This document shows, in pieces, positions 18,157 to 27,146 of a DNA stretch of 64,000 bases. This DNA comes from Escherichia phage Bp7. The notes beneath the pieces were generated by a model that searched no databases, was not told the origin of the DNA, and saw only the letters and a program-made list of their open reading frames with translations. Position 1 is the first letter of the stretch. Every line of letters starts with the position of its first letter. The stretch lies in the sequence record NC_019500.1; one strand, given 5' to 3'. Position numbers and translations under genes: made by a program.

Positions 18157-18348
18157 ATGAGTGCAATGTGTACGGGCTCTAAGATTTCTGTATTCGAATT
18201 ATTCGAAGAGTATGAAATCGTATCAAAGGACCAAGAAGCTATCCATATTATTGCCGGTGATGGTGTGACTTGGATTATCCCACTGTATCATGAAGATACC
18301 TATGAAGTCACTGATGCGAATGGTGATAAAGCTATTTTCGTAATATAA
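18157..18348 (+). CDS. hypothetical protein
   Basis: 63-aa ORF. Confidence 0.3.
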   Translation: MSAMCTGSKISVFELFEEYEIVSKDQEAIHIIAGDGVTWIIPLYHEDTYEVTDANGDKAIFVI

Positions 18349-18364
18349 ATAAGGCCAGGAGCCT

Positions 18365-18526
18365 ATGAAATCTTTTAAAGAAGTTATGAACGAAGATATG
18401 GTCGCAGGCGATGCAGGTGGTAACCCATCTAATATTGCCTCCGGAACTACCTCAGGCGTGGTCGTCAACAAAGGGCCTGAACAAATCCCATCTAAAAAGC
18501 GTAAAGAAAAATCCGAAAACGAATGA
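18365..18526 (+). CDS. small hypothetical protein
   Basis: 53-aa ORF with ATG after an AGGAG RBS. Confidence 0.25.
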   Translation: MKSFKEVMNEDMVAGDAGGNPSNIASGTTSGVVVNKGPEQIPSKKRKEKSENE

Positions 18527-18564
18527 TATAATGGCTCTATTAATTTAGAGCCCAAGGAAAAATA

Positions 18565-19593
18565 ATGTCATATGTCGATAAAGAATTTGCTGTACGTGCC
18601 TTGAATTACCAACCTAAATTCAGACAAGTAACTGGTAGTGATTTTAAATTAAACTGTCGTTGTCGTGTATGCGGTGACTCTCAAAAAGATGAGAACAAAG
18701 CTCGTTTTTGGGCCTATCCGGCTAATGACGGCTCTGTAATGCTGCACTGTTTTAACTGTGACTATTCAGCAGGAATTAAGAAGTATCTATACGAATACGA
18801 GCCTGATTTATATCGCGAATATATTCTTGAGAAACATAAAGAGCAATCGTTCGGGAGACAAGCTGCACCTAAGGTGGAGATATCTGAAAAAATTAAAGCT
18901 AAGATGCCTGTCATCGAAAAGCTTAATTTCTGTGAACGATTAGATAGGATGCCGAAGGACCATCCTATTATCAAATATGTGACGTTACGTTGCATTCCTG
19001 AAAACAAATGGAACCGGCTGTGGTTTACTAAAGAATGGCCTGCATTAGTTAACTCTGTGAATCCAGGGACCTATTCTAAAGAAATGCCTGAGCCTCGTTT
19101 GGTTATTCCAATTTTCAATAAGAATAAACAAATTGAAAGTTTTCAGGGTCGAGCCTTACGTAAAGATGCTCCACAAAAATATATTACAATAAAAGCTCAC
19201 GACCAAGCTACAAAAATATATGGAATGGATACAGTTGACGAACGTCAGTTGGTGTGGGTAATGGAAGGCCCTATTGACTCTTTGTTTGTTCCGAATGCAA
19301 TAGCAATTACTGGCGGGTCGTTGGACTTGGCTATGGTTCCGTGCAAAGAAACTAGGGTTTGGGCCCTTGATAGCGAAAGCCGCCACCCAGATACTATTTC
19401 AAGAATGAAAAAGCTTATCGAGGCTGGTGAAAAAGTAGTGTTTTGGGATAAGGTCCCTTGGCCTTCTAAAGATATTAACGATATGATTAGAAAAGACGGG
19501 GCGTCGCCGGAAGCAATACTAGAATATATGAAAAGTAATTACAGTCAAGGATTAATGGCTAAATTGAGATTACAACGGTATGCTAAAATATGA
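18565..19593 (+). CDS. 61: gp61 DNA primase
   Basis: 342 aa; zinc ribbon CRCRVCGD...CFNC; FQGRALRKDAPQKYITI resembles T4 gp61. Confidence 0.9.
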   Translation: MSYVDKEFAVRALNYQPKFRQVTGSDFKLNCRCRVCGDSQKDENKARFWAYPANDGSVMLHCFNCDYSAGIKKYLYEYEPDLYREYILEKHKEQSFGRQAAPKVEISEKIKAKMPVIEKLNFCERLDRMPKDHPIIKYVTLRCIPENKWNRLWFTKEWPALVNSVNPGTYSKEMPEPRLVIPIFNKNKQIESFQGRALRKDAPQKYITIKAHDQATKIYGMDTVDERQLVWVMEGPIDSLFVPNAIAITGGSLDLAMVPCKETRVWALDSESRHPDTISRMKKLIEAGEKVVFWDKVPWPSKDINDMIRKDGASPEAILEYMKSNYSQGLMAKLRLQRYAKI

Positions 19594-20345
19594 ATTATAA
19601 TAAAATTTATGACGATTTGGTTAATAGGGCCCTTGAAAGGGGTCTTATTAAAGAAAATTTAAAATACTATACAGAATCTCATCATATTATACCTGAATGT
19701 ATAGGTGGGCCTGATATAGATTCAAACAAAGTATTATTTACGGCAAGAGAGCATTTTATAGCTCACATATTATTGTATAAGATTTATAAGTTGCCTAAAT
19801 TAATATATGCTGTGCATATGATGTGCAATTCTAGTGAAAAGCACCAAAGAAATTCTAAGATGTATGACTGGCTTAGAAAGGACCATAAAGCAGCCTTAAG
19901 TAAGAAAATGACCGATGCTTGGAAAGCCCCTGAATTTAGGACCAAAATGGTGGCGGCCTTATACCAAAGGCACAAAGATAAGCCCGTCACAGAGGAGACT
20001 AGGGAAAAACAGTCTAATTCTCTAAAGAGGTATTATAAAGAAAATCCTATCTCTGAAGAAGCAAAAAAGAAAAATTCAGAAGCCCAAAAACAAAGGTTTA
20101 AAGATAGGCCTCAAACAGAAGAAACAAAAAGATTAAGGAAGGACTCATGCAGAAAAACCCAAGGCACCCCTATATGGTTATGTAATTCGAATGGGGTAGG
20201 AATAGAAAAGTTTTCTTCTGCGGCAGAAGCTAAAGAAATCTTAGGATTGTCCGGGCACACCCAAAATATATACACCGCTTGTAAGCGAAACAAAGAAACC
20301 GGGAGATTGTATAAATCCTCCGGTTTAATTTGGAAATATCAATAA
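19590..20345 (+). CDS. HNH homing endonuclease (Mob-like), paralogous to the 592-1308 gene
   Basis: HHIIPECIGGPD; N-terminus MNYNKIYDDLVNRALERG parallels MNYKSIYEKLIQRAVNR; AT-rich with AGA/AGG/ATA codons; start overlaps the gp61 stop (ATGA). Confidence 0.7.
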   Translation: MNYNKIYDDLVNRALERGLIKENLKYYTESHHIIPECIGGPDIDSNKVLFTAREHFIAHILLYKIYKLPKLIYAVHMMCNSSEKHQRNSKMYDWLRKDHKAALSKKMTDAWKAPEFRTKMVAALYQRHKDKPVTEETREKQSNSLKRYYKENPISEEAKKKNSEAQKQRFKDRPQTEETKRLRKDSCRKTQGTPIWLCNSNGVGIEKFSSAAEAKEILGLSGHTQNIYTACKRNKETGRLYKSSGLIWKYQ

Positions 20346-20351
20346 TGGCAT

Positions 20352-20552
20352 TTAAACCTGCATACCTGTAAAGAATCCAATGATGCTCAACACGTGTTCC
20401 ATAGTAACCGCAGGGAGAGTAATACCCTGACTAGCCGCAACAGGTACAACTAAAAGATTCCATAGGAACACATCTAAAGCAAGGAAGCCCATCATGAGCT
20501 TTTTATCTTTCTTGCTGGTTAATTTCCAAATTTGGTAAAATATACTACCCAT
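20352..20552 (-). CDS. small membrane protein with a late promoter (minus strand)
   Basis: 66 aa with two hydrophobic segments; GGAGGA RBS; reverse-complement TATAAATA upstream. Confidence 0.4.
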   Translation of the reverse strand: MGSIFYQIWKLTSKKDKKLMMGFLALDVFLWNLLVVPVAASQGITLPAVTMEHVLSIIGFFTGMQV

Positions 20553-20573
20553 GTTATCCTCCTGTTAAATTAA

Positions 20574-20581
20574 TATTTATA
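20574..20581 (-). promoter_or_regulatory. T4-type late promoter TATAAATA
   Basis: tatttata on the plus strand, about 22 nt upstream of the minus-strand ATG at 20552. Confidence 0.4.
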
Positions 20582-20584
20582 GCT

Positions 20585-20608
20585 TGCTTTACAAATTAAT
20601 GATATAAT
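20585..20608 (+). promoter_or_regulatory. MotA-dependent middle promoter
   Basis: TGCTTTA at 20585-20591, 11-bp spacer, TATAAT at 20603-20608; upstream of gene 56. Confidence 0.45.
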
Positions 20609-20651
20609 TATCTAACTTATTACCTAATATGAATCGAAAAGGAAAAATATA

Positions 20652-21167
20652 ATGGCTCATTTTAACGAATGTAGTGGTTTGATTGCAGGTGTTGATAAAG
20701 CTGAGGAAGCTTATGTTAGTGCAATTACCAAAGGTATCGACCCACTGCAGGTTATGCTTGATATGCAGAAATCTTTACAGGTTCGTCTGGCTAATGACCG
20801 TGATTATTGTTACCACCCGGATAAACTGGCTACTGCAGGTGATGTTGTTGGATGGATGCGCGAACAGAAAGACTGCATCGATGATGAATTCCGTGAACTT
20901 CTGACTTCACTTGGTGAAATGTCTAAAGGTGAGAAAGATGCTTCTGCCGTCTGGAAAAAATGGAAGGCACGTTACCCAGAAGCTCAGTCTAAACGTATTG
21001 ATGAAATGAGCCCTGAAGACCAGTTGGAAATTAAATTTGAACTTGTGGACATAATCCATTTCGTATTAAACATGGTTACAGGTCTTGGTATGACTTCTGA
21101 AGAATTGTTCAAACTTTATTATCTGAAAAATCTTGAAAATTTCAAACGTCAGGACAATGGGTATTAA
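20652..21167 (+). CDS. 56: gp56 dCTPase (dCTP/dCDP pyrophosphatase)
   Basis: 171 aa; MAHFNECSG...VMLDMQKSLQVRLAND...CIDDEFRELLTSLGEMS resembles T4 gp56. Confidence 0.6.
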   Translation: MAHFNECSGLIAGVDKAEEAYVSAITKGIDPLQVMLDMQKSLQVRLANDRDYCYHPDKLATAGDVVGWMREQKDCIDDEFRELLTSLGEMSKGEKDASAVWKKWKARYPEAQSKRIDEMSPEDQLEIKFELVDIIHFVLNMVTGLGMTSEELFKLYYLKNLENFKRQDNGY

Positions 21168-21170
21168 TCA

Positions 21171-21178
21171 GTATAAAT
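21171..21178 (+). promoter_or_regulatory. T4-type late promoter TATAAATA upstream of soc
   Basis: gTATAAATAc about 33 nt upstream of the soc ATG. Confidence 0.45.
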
Positions 21179-21210
21179 ACACCTGTAATTAAACAACAAA
21201 GGAGTTAATT

Positions 21211-21444
21211 ATGGGTGGTTTCGTTAATATCAAAACCTTTACGCATCCGGCTGGTGAAGGTAAAGAAGTTAAAGGTGTTGAAGTATCTGTTCCGTTTGAA
21301 ATCTATTCAAACGAGCATCGTATTGCGAATGCACACTATCAGACATTTCCTTCTGAAAAGGCGGCATACACTACTGTAGTAACTGATGCAGCCGATTGGC
21401 GAACTAAGAACGCGGCGATGTTTACGCCTACCCCAGTAGTTTAA
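21211..21444 (+). CDS. soc: Soc small outer capsid protein
   Basis: 77 aa; VNIKTF...AHYQTFPSEKAAYTTV resembles T4 Soc. Confidence 0.6.
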   Translation: MGGFVNIKTFTHPAGEGKEVKGVEVSVPFEIYSNEHRIANAHYQTFPSEKAAYTTVVTDAADWRTKNAAMFTPTPVV

Positions 21445-21449
21445 TTATA

Positions 21450-21477
21450 AGGAACCTTCGGGTTCCTTTTTTGGTTT
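21450..21477 (+). terminator. intrinsic terminator with UUCG tetraloop
   Basis: aggaaccTTCGggttcc followed by ttttttggtttt. Confidence 0.6.
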
Positions 21478-21482
21478 TAAGG

Positions 21483-21512
21483 GTTTACTTTCTAGGAAGG
21501 CCGTGTTAAGAT
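21483..21512 (+). promoter_or_regulatory. early promoter cassette
   Basis: gtttac, 18 bp, tgtTAAGAT, then gaggag RBS. Confidence 0.4.
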
Positions 21513-21538
21513 GGTCTTATCTTATAGAGGAGAACACT

Positions 21539-21736
21539 ATGTTAAATCGTTGGATTAAACCTAATAATGCAGTAGGTGCTTTGATTGCTCAAGAAGTTTC
21601 GCTTAAATACGGGTTAGGGTATCATGACGATGTTATTACGCATTCTTTTATGATGTATGAAGATAATTCTGTAGAATTTAATGCAGAAATCCGCTTAGAC
21701 AATGGCGATGTAAAATTTGTGAGAGGTTTCCTATGA
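21539..21736 (+). CDS. hypothetical protein
   Basis: ORF starting MLNRWIKPNN after a GAGGAG RBS. Confidence 0.3.
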   Translation: MLNRWIKPNNAVGALIAQEVSLKYGLGYHDDVITHSFMMYEDNSVEFNAEIRLDNGDVKFVRGFL

Positions 21737-22062
21737 TTCAGTGGCTTAAGAATTTATTCAAAATTACCCCAGGCGAAGGTCCGGTTCCTATTAGTCCATC
21801 AGACGTTAAGTTAAGGGAATATGTTTACGTGGGCGATGGTATGATGGAAGAAGTTATCAGGCAACCTGAAAAAGCTGGTAATGTGGGGCCAGGCGCTCTT
21901 CCTTTGAATTCTAAAAAGTTTAAAGAACATCTAGAAGCTCGTCGCACGAGCCATATTGATACCACTCCTATTATGGTTGCGGCGGCTGTTAGTTCATGGA
22001 CCGGTGATTCGTCTTATTCTGACTCAGGAAGCTGTGGCTCATCGTCCAGCTCGTGTGATTAA
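21733..22062 (+). CDS. hypothetical protein
   Basis: 109-aa ORF, overlapping start. Confidence 0.3.
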   Translation: MIQWLKNLFKITPGEGPVPISPSDVKLREYVYVGDGMMEEVIRQPEKAGNVGPGALPLNSKKFKEHLEARRTSHIDTTPIMVAAAVSSWTGDSSYSDSGSCGSSSSSCD

Positions 22063-22262
22063 TGAAACCTTTATCATGGCTTAAAGATTGGCTAGACCGT
22101 CCTGGCGATTATCTTGATGACGGATGGTTAGACCAAGCCAATGCAGAAATGAAACGTGACTCCGAAGAATGGATTCTTAAAGGTATCCGTGAAGAACGCG
22201 AAAAGAAATTAGAACGCAAAGCTCTTAGAATTATGCGTGACATCTATGGGGATAAATCATGA
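22062..22262 (+). CDS. hypothetical protein
   Basis: 66-aa ORF. Confidence 0.3.
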   Translation: MKPLSWLKDWLDRPGDYLDDGWLDQANAEMKRDSEEWILKGIREEREKKLERKALRIMRDIYGDKS

Positions 22263-22426
22263 CTACTGAAGAGGCCGAAAAACAAGCTAAAGAGGCATTG
22301 GATTTGCTTCTTAAAATTGGTAGTAAAATGATGGAAGAAAACGAGAAATACATCCAAGAAAATAAAATTCCGGATGGTCCTTTAGCGGGTAAACTAAAAA
22401 GAGGAAAACATAATGAAAGTTTATGA
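22259..22426 (+). CDS. small hypothetical protein
   Basis: 55-aa ORF with ATGA overlap to the upstream gene. Confidence 0.25.
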   Translation: MTTEEAEKQAKEALDLLLKIGSKMMEENEKYIQENKIPDGPLAGKLKRGKHNESL

Positions 22427-22901
22427 ACTAGAATTCTTTGTTCGTGATTCTGCCGGACAAACGCGACCTTATGATGCTACGGCGTGTCTTATCCTTGTCG
22501 ATAATGGTACGAATTCTATAACCCAGTTAGAAACACGATTAAAAGATATTAAGCTTCCAGAAAATATTATGATGAAGGCTTACCATAACAAAAATGTTGA
22601 TGTTGCTGAAGATTGTCCTTTTAGCCTGGCTGAAGCATTGCATATCAAGGGTTATCGCCATCCGGACCCGGATGGCGAAGGAACAATGGACATTTTCTAT
22701 AAAGATACCGATAGAATGTCCAACGAACGTCTTAAAGGTCGTACTTATCTTATTTCCGCTACCGAAGACCTTATTGAAGTTGAACGTCAGATTTGGAAGC
22801 ACTTTGATATTGGATTGCGCTTTACCATGACTGAAGACGCTATTCGTGATGCTAAGTTACGAGCTCGTATGTACGGTTATGGTCCTATCGGTGGTTACTA
22901 A
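22413..22901 (+). CDS. hypothetical protein
   Basis: 162-aa ORF. Confidence 0.35.
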   Translation: MKVYELEFFVRDSAGQTRPYDATACLILVDNGTNSITQLETRLKDIKLPENIMMKAYHNKNVDVAEDCPFSLAEALHIKGYRHPDPDGEGTMDIFYKDTDRMSNERLKGRTYLISATEDLIEVERQIWKHFDIGLRFTMTEDAIRDAKLRARMYGYGPIGGY

Positions 22902-23089
22902 TGGACTTATTTGATATGTTTGTCATTCCGGACCCTGAGCCTGAAACAACTCAGGAGCCGCCTGTTGACCTTGTCAACGAACTTGATATGATTATACAGA
23001 AGCACGGTTTTAAGTTGCCTAAAGAGGTCCTTAGTGACCTTGCTTCTTATTACTTAGACCCTCCACCCTGGGCCCCTTGGGTAAAATAA
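22901..23089 (+). CDS. hypothetical protein
   Basis: 62-aa ORF. Confidence 0.3.
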   Translation: MDLFDMFVIPDPEPETTQEPPVDLVNELDMIIQKHGFKLPKEVLSDLASYYLDPPPWAPWVK

Positions 23090-23090
23090 A

Positions 23091-23120
23091 GTTTTACACC
23101 TCCTCCCTTCATGTTATAAT
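23091..23120 (+). promoter_or_regulatory. early promoter with RBS-pairing inverted repeat
   Basis: ttttac, 17 bp, TATAAT; acctcc (23097-23102) is complementary to the ggaggt RBS (23137-23142). Confidence 0.4.
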
Positions 23121-23144
23121 GACCTCTAAATCACTGGAGGTCAT

Positions 23145-23714
23145 ATGAACATCGAACAAAAATGTCTTTATCAAGACCGAATCAATTCCAAATTCTCAAA
23201 ACACGAACAGAATCTTTTAGAAAAATGTCTGGATGCTAAAAAAGACCCTAACTTCCATTACGACCTTGACAAACTGGTTCGCAAGCATGTTACTTCAGCG
23301 GTTCCAGTAGAGTTGTATCGTGGGATTACCACCAGAGAACTTGAGCAATTAGAGCTCCTTTCAGTAGGGTGTCAATGGTCTCCTGGTCGAGTTACTTCTT
23401 TTAGTACACAATACTCTCAGGCTCGTCAGTTCGCAGGGGCGTGGGAATATGGAACCAAAACCATTTTAAGTCTCAGGAATGCACCGTTCATTTTCGACTA
23501 CTACAACCATGCTATAGACCTTGTTCTTGCAGGGAATGTAGACGCCCTTGAAATTGATGAAACTCGTATTGACCTCTATGATATGGTCGAAACTGAATGT
23601 GAGTTCATGGTCTCTAGCCAATCGCGATTTGAGATTGTTGCAATCGAAACCGTCAAAAGAGACCCGTATGAAATCGAGTACAAAACAATTCATTTAAAAA
23701 TGTTGGATTTTTAG
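23145..23714 (+). CDS. ADP-ribosyltransferase, ModA/ModB family (R-S-E type)
   Basis: LYRG, SFSTQ and ECEF motifs. Confidence 0.55.
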   Translation: MNIEQKCLYQDRINSKFSKHEQNLLEKCLDAKKDPNFHYDLDKLVRKHVTSAVPVELYRGITTRELEQLELLSVGCQWSPGRVTSFSTQYSQARQFAGAWEYGTKTILSLRNAPFIFDYYNHAIDLVLAGNVDALEIDETRIDLYDMVETECEFMVSSQSRFEIVAIETVKRDPYEIEYKTIHLKMLDF

Positions 23715-23743
23715 TTTACAAGCAAGGATGCTTGTGGTACTAT
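23714..23743 (+). promoter_or_regulatory. early promoter cassette
   Basis: gtttac, 18 bp, TACTAT, ctttctatcaact, gaggag. Confidence 0.4.
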
Positions 23744-23768
23744 CTTTCTATCAACTGAGGAGAATAAT

Positions 23769-24383
23769 ATGTTATATCCAAGCCACCGATTATCAGAGTT
23801 CTATGACAATGTTAAGTGTGATGATTTCCGTGAAAACATCCAGTGCGAAATCAACCAGCAGTATTCTGATTTAGAACAGAGTACCCTCTGGCAGTGCATG
23901 GAAAATAAACCAGATTGTATCCAGGAAACTCTGAACAAAATTATTCGTAAGAACCTGACTTCTGTAGTGCCTGATAAGCTCTATCGAGGCATATCTAAAA
24001 AGACTATGAAGTATCTAGAGTCCACAATGTGTGTAGGTGCGGTAATTGAATTCGACCGCGTGATGAGCTTCTCTAAAGACTTCAACGTGGCAAGGAATTT
24101 CGCGTCTTATAACTTCTACGGCACATTTAATATCTTTTGTATTAATGATGCACCATTTGTGTACAATTATCAGGAAGAAATCTTTAAAATGTTATGTGCC
24201 GCGCCCCCTGAAGAGTTCCCAGGTGCATTTCCTGAATCTACCCGTGTAGCAAACTTACAATTAATCAATGATGAAGATGAGATGATGTTCCCTGCGGGAA
24301 CTACGCTGCGCGTAGACTCTATTGAGAGAAATCCTAAATGGAATAATTACACCATTTGGAATCTTTCCGTTCTTTCTTACTGA
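23769..24383 (+). CDS. ADP-ribosyltransferase, ModA/ModB family (R-S-E type), tandem paralogue
   Basis: LYRG, MSFSKDF and EDEMMF motifs. Confidence 0.55.
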   Translation: MLYPSHRLSEFYDNVKCDDFRENIQCEINQQYSDLEQSTLWQCMENKPDCIQETLNKIIRKNLTSVVPDKLYRGISKKTMKYLESTMCVGAVIEFDRVMSFSKDFNVARNFASYNFYGTFNIFCINDAPFVYNYQEEIFKMLCAAPPEEFPGAFPESTRVANLQLINDEDEMMFPAGTTLRVDSIERNPKWNNYTIWNLSVLSY

Positions 24384-24452
24384 ACCACCTGGTTTAATTG
24401 AAAGGCAAAGTCCTTGATTCATTATACCGTCGAAAATTTAAAGCAAAAAAGT

Positions 24453-24481
24453 GTTTACTTTACCGAGCAACATGATACTAT
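24453..24481 (+). promoter_or_regulatory. early promoter cassette
   Basis: gtttac, 17 bp, tgaTACTAT, tagacctatcagct. Confidence 0.45.
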
Positions 24482-24521
24482 AGACCTATCAGCTAATCGT
24501 CCGTAAGATGAGAAAAATATT

Positions 24522-25270
24522 ATGCCTACTATTAAAACTAACGATGAATTTGAGTTAAAGGTTTACAAACGTCGCGAACACACTAAAGCCTCTGCCAAAA
24601 AACGTGGTAAGGACTTTAACCTGTCTAGTAAGTACGTTCGTAGACTTCTTGAACAAAAAGTGTGTGCATATTCAGGCGAGCGCTTTGATGAGAATTCAGA
24701 TAAAGATAAGATTTCGTTTGAACGCTTTAACAACGATATAGGTTATATCGAAGGTAATGTAATCCCGGTTAAAGTTAAGTACAACGGGTTGCGAGCTGAT
24801 TTGTCTTTAGATGAATTGAAACGTGCACAGACTCGTTTAGCGTCCCGTATTTCAGGTGGTTCTAAAATGCCTAATAGTTTTAAAGTTACCCCAGATAATT
24901 ATTATAAAATTCGTAAAATAGTTAAAAATATTAAAGATACCCAAAGAGGTCTTAAAAAGCGTGAAAAACGTCTTAAGGACCTTATTAAATCAGGAGCCAC
25001 TGATAATACCCCTTCTGTCATCGCGGTTAAGGCCCGTATCCATGGTTCTAACGCTTCAATAGGTACTATGGAAAAGGGTCTCAAATCTATATTGGTGGGC
25101 CTGATTGGCGTGTCAAGTTTAAATTGTCTGAAGCAGAAACGCGTTACTATATGTATGATAAAATTATTCAAGGTCTGGAGCGTTTAGAACACCTTTCTTT
25201 TATTGACAAAATGAAGTTGAAAAAAGGTCTTCCGCTGAATGCTTCAATTTTTTCACTGATTAGAGGTTAA
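24522..25270 (+). CDS. hypothetical protein (srd position) with an apparent single-base frameshift near 25074-25079
   Basis: Frame-0 ORF 24522..25187 and an ATG-less frame-2 ORF 25052..25270 overlap; they join if one base is added in gaaaaggg. Confidence 0.3.
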
Positions 25271-25274
25271 CGTG

Positions 25275-25571
25275 ATGTACTATGCATACGTATTAGTTCA
25301 CAAGGACAAAGACGGGTACGAAATTCCATTAGAAGAGGCCGGTGAAGTGACTTTGTATTCGACAAAGATTGGAGCCGATACCGCTCTATCCGTTTATGAA
25401 ATGTCAACAAAAAGATATCTTCGGCTTGGACGCCTTGAAACGGTGTGCACACCTAGAAAATGGTGGTTTGATAAGTGGGAAACTAAAACAGTATATCCTA
25501 CCGAAGAACGAGCCCGAGAACTTAAATTAGTTTTAGACACTTTATATGTTAAGCGAGTAAAATTGGCATGA
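25275..25571 (+). CDS. hypothetical protein (dda.1 position)
   Basis: 98-aa ORF upstream of dda. Confidence 0.35.
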   Translation: MYYAYVLVHKDKDGYEIPLEEAGEVTLYSTKIGADTALSVYEMSTKRYLRLGRLETVCTPRKWWFDKWETKTVYPTEERARELKLVLDTLYVKRVKLA

Positions 25572-26899
25572 TTACATTTGAAGACTTGAACAACGGCCAG
25601 AGGACGGCCTTTAAAGAAATCATTGAAGCTATTAAACGACGTAAGGGCGAATGGATTACATTGAATGGTCCGGCCGGTACAGGTAAAACAACCCTTACCA
25701 AATTTATTCTTGACCATCTAGTCAAGAATGGTGAACTCGGAGTTATTTTGACTGCACCCACTCATGCGGCCAAAAAGGTGTTGTCGAAACTCGCAGGTCA
25801 AGAAGCATCAACAATTCACAGAATTCTAAAGATTAACCCTACTACATACGAAGACCAGGACATCTTTGAACAACGCGAAGCTCCTGACTTGAGCAAATGC
25901 AATGTGTTAGTTGTTGATGAAGGCTCGATGATTGATGGTAAGTTGTTTAAGATTATTGAATCTTCCGTGCCACCATGGTGTACTGTATTAGGGATTGGCG
26001 ACAGAGCTCAGCTACAACCGGTAGAACCTGGCTGTGATGGTAGTCCGCAGTTATCTCCGTTCTTTACTCATCCAAAAATCAAACAATTACATTTGACTGA
26101 AGTGATGCGTAGTAATGCTCCTATCATTGAGGTGGCTACTGAAATCCGTAATGGTGGATGGTTTAGAGATTGTATATTCGAAGACCACGGTGTCCATGGT
26201 TTTAAATCTCAGACTGCTTTAAAAGATTTTATGATGAATTATTTTTCCATTGTAAAAGATGCTGATGCTCTGTTTGAGAATAGGATGTTTGCTTATACAA
26301 ATAAATCGGTTGAAAAGCTGAATAGCATTATTCGTAAAAAGCTTTATGAAACCGATGCACCTTATATCAAGGGTGAAATCCTAGTAATGCAAGAGCCTTT
26401 TATGAAGGAACTTGAATACGATGGTAAGAAATTCTCTGAAACCATTTTTAATAACGGTCAAATGGTTCGTATTCTGGATGTGAACCATACCTCATTGTTT
26501 TTGTCTGCTAAGGATGTAGGCACTCGTCAAATGATTAATTACTGGGACCTGCAAGTAGAATCTGTTGATGAAGACGATGAGTACTATGTAGAGCATTTAA
26601 AGGTTATCGATGAGACTTCGGTCGAGAAGTTCCATTATTTCTTGGCTAAGGTTGCTACTGAGTACAAAGCCATGCGTGGTAGTGGTAAGAAACCTAAGTG
26701 GGCTGATTTCTGGAAAGCCAAGCGAATGTTCAGTAAGGTTCGAGCTCTTCCAGTGAGCACTGTTCATAAATCCCAAGGACTTACAGTCCAAAACAGCTTC
26801 ATCTATACTCCGTGTATGCACATGGCTGATGCGAATTTAGCTTCACAGCTGGCTTATGTTAGTATTACGCGTGCTCGTACCGACGCTTACTACGTTTGA
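25568..26899 (+). CDS. dda: Dda DNA helicase (SF1B)
   Basis: 443 aa; Walker A GPAGTGKTT; co-linear with T4 Dda. Confidence 0.9.
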   Translation: MITFEDLNNGQRTAFKEIIEAIKRRKGEWITLNGPAGTGKTTLTKFILDHLVKNGELGVILTAPTHAAKKVLSKLAGQEASTIHRILKINPTTYEDQDIFEQREAPDLSKCNVLVVDEGSMIDGKLFKIIESSVPPWCTVLGIGDRAQLQPVEPGCDGSPQLSPFFTHPKIKQLHLTEVMRSNAPIIEVATEIRNGGWFRDCIFEDHGVHGFKSQTALKDFMMNYFSIVKDADALFENRMFAYTNKSVEKLNSIIRKKLYETDAPYIKGEILVMQEPFMKELEYDGKKFSETIFNNGQMVRILDVNHTSLFLSAKDVGTRQMINYWDLQVESVDEDDEYYVEHLKVIDETSVEKFHYFLAKVATEYKAMRGSGKKPKWADFWKAKRMFSKVRALPVSTVHKSQGLTVQNSFIYTPCMHMADANLASQLAYVSITRARTDAYYV

Positions 26900-26906
26900 G
26901 GAAAAT

Positions 26907-27146
26907 ATGATTAAAGTAACTAAAGACCAATTTTATAAGTTGAAATTTGAAACCGAATATATTATTAAGGTCGACCAAGACGATACAAATATTCGTGGCA
27001 AGGCCCATAAGGTCTTGCATTCTCTTAAAGAGATTGAATACGATTTTATTGCAATACAGCGTCTAATGGACGACAATATCTCTTCGGTTTATATTGAAGA
27101 CTACATCGTTGGCCAAATCCGAGACCTTATGAGGTATGTTAAATGA
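26907..27146 (+). CDS. hypothetical protein
   Basis: 79-aa ORF with ATG after a GAGGAAA RBS. Confidence 0.35.
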   Translation: MIKVTKDQFYKLKFETEYIIKVDQDDTNIRGKAHKVLHSLKEIEYDFIAIQRLMDDNISSVYIEDYIVGQIRDLMRYVK

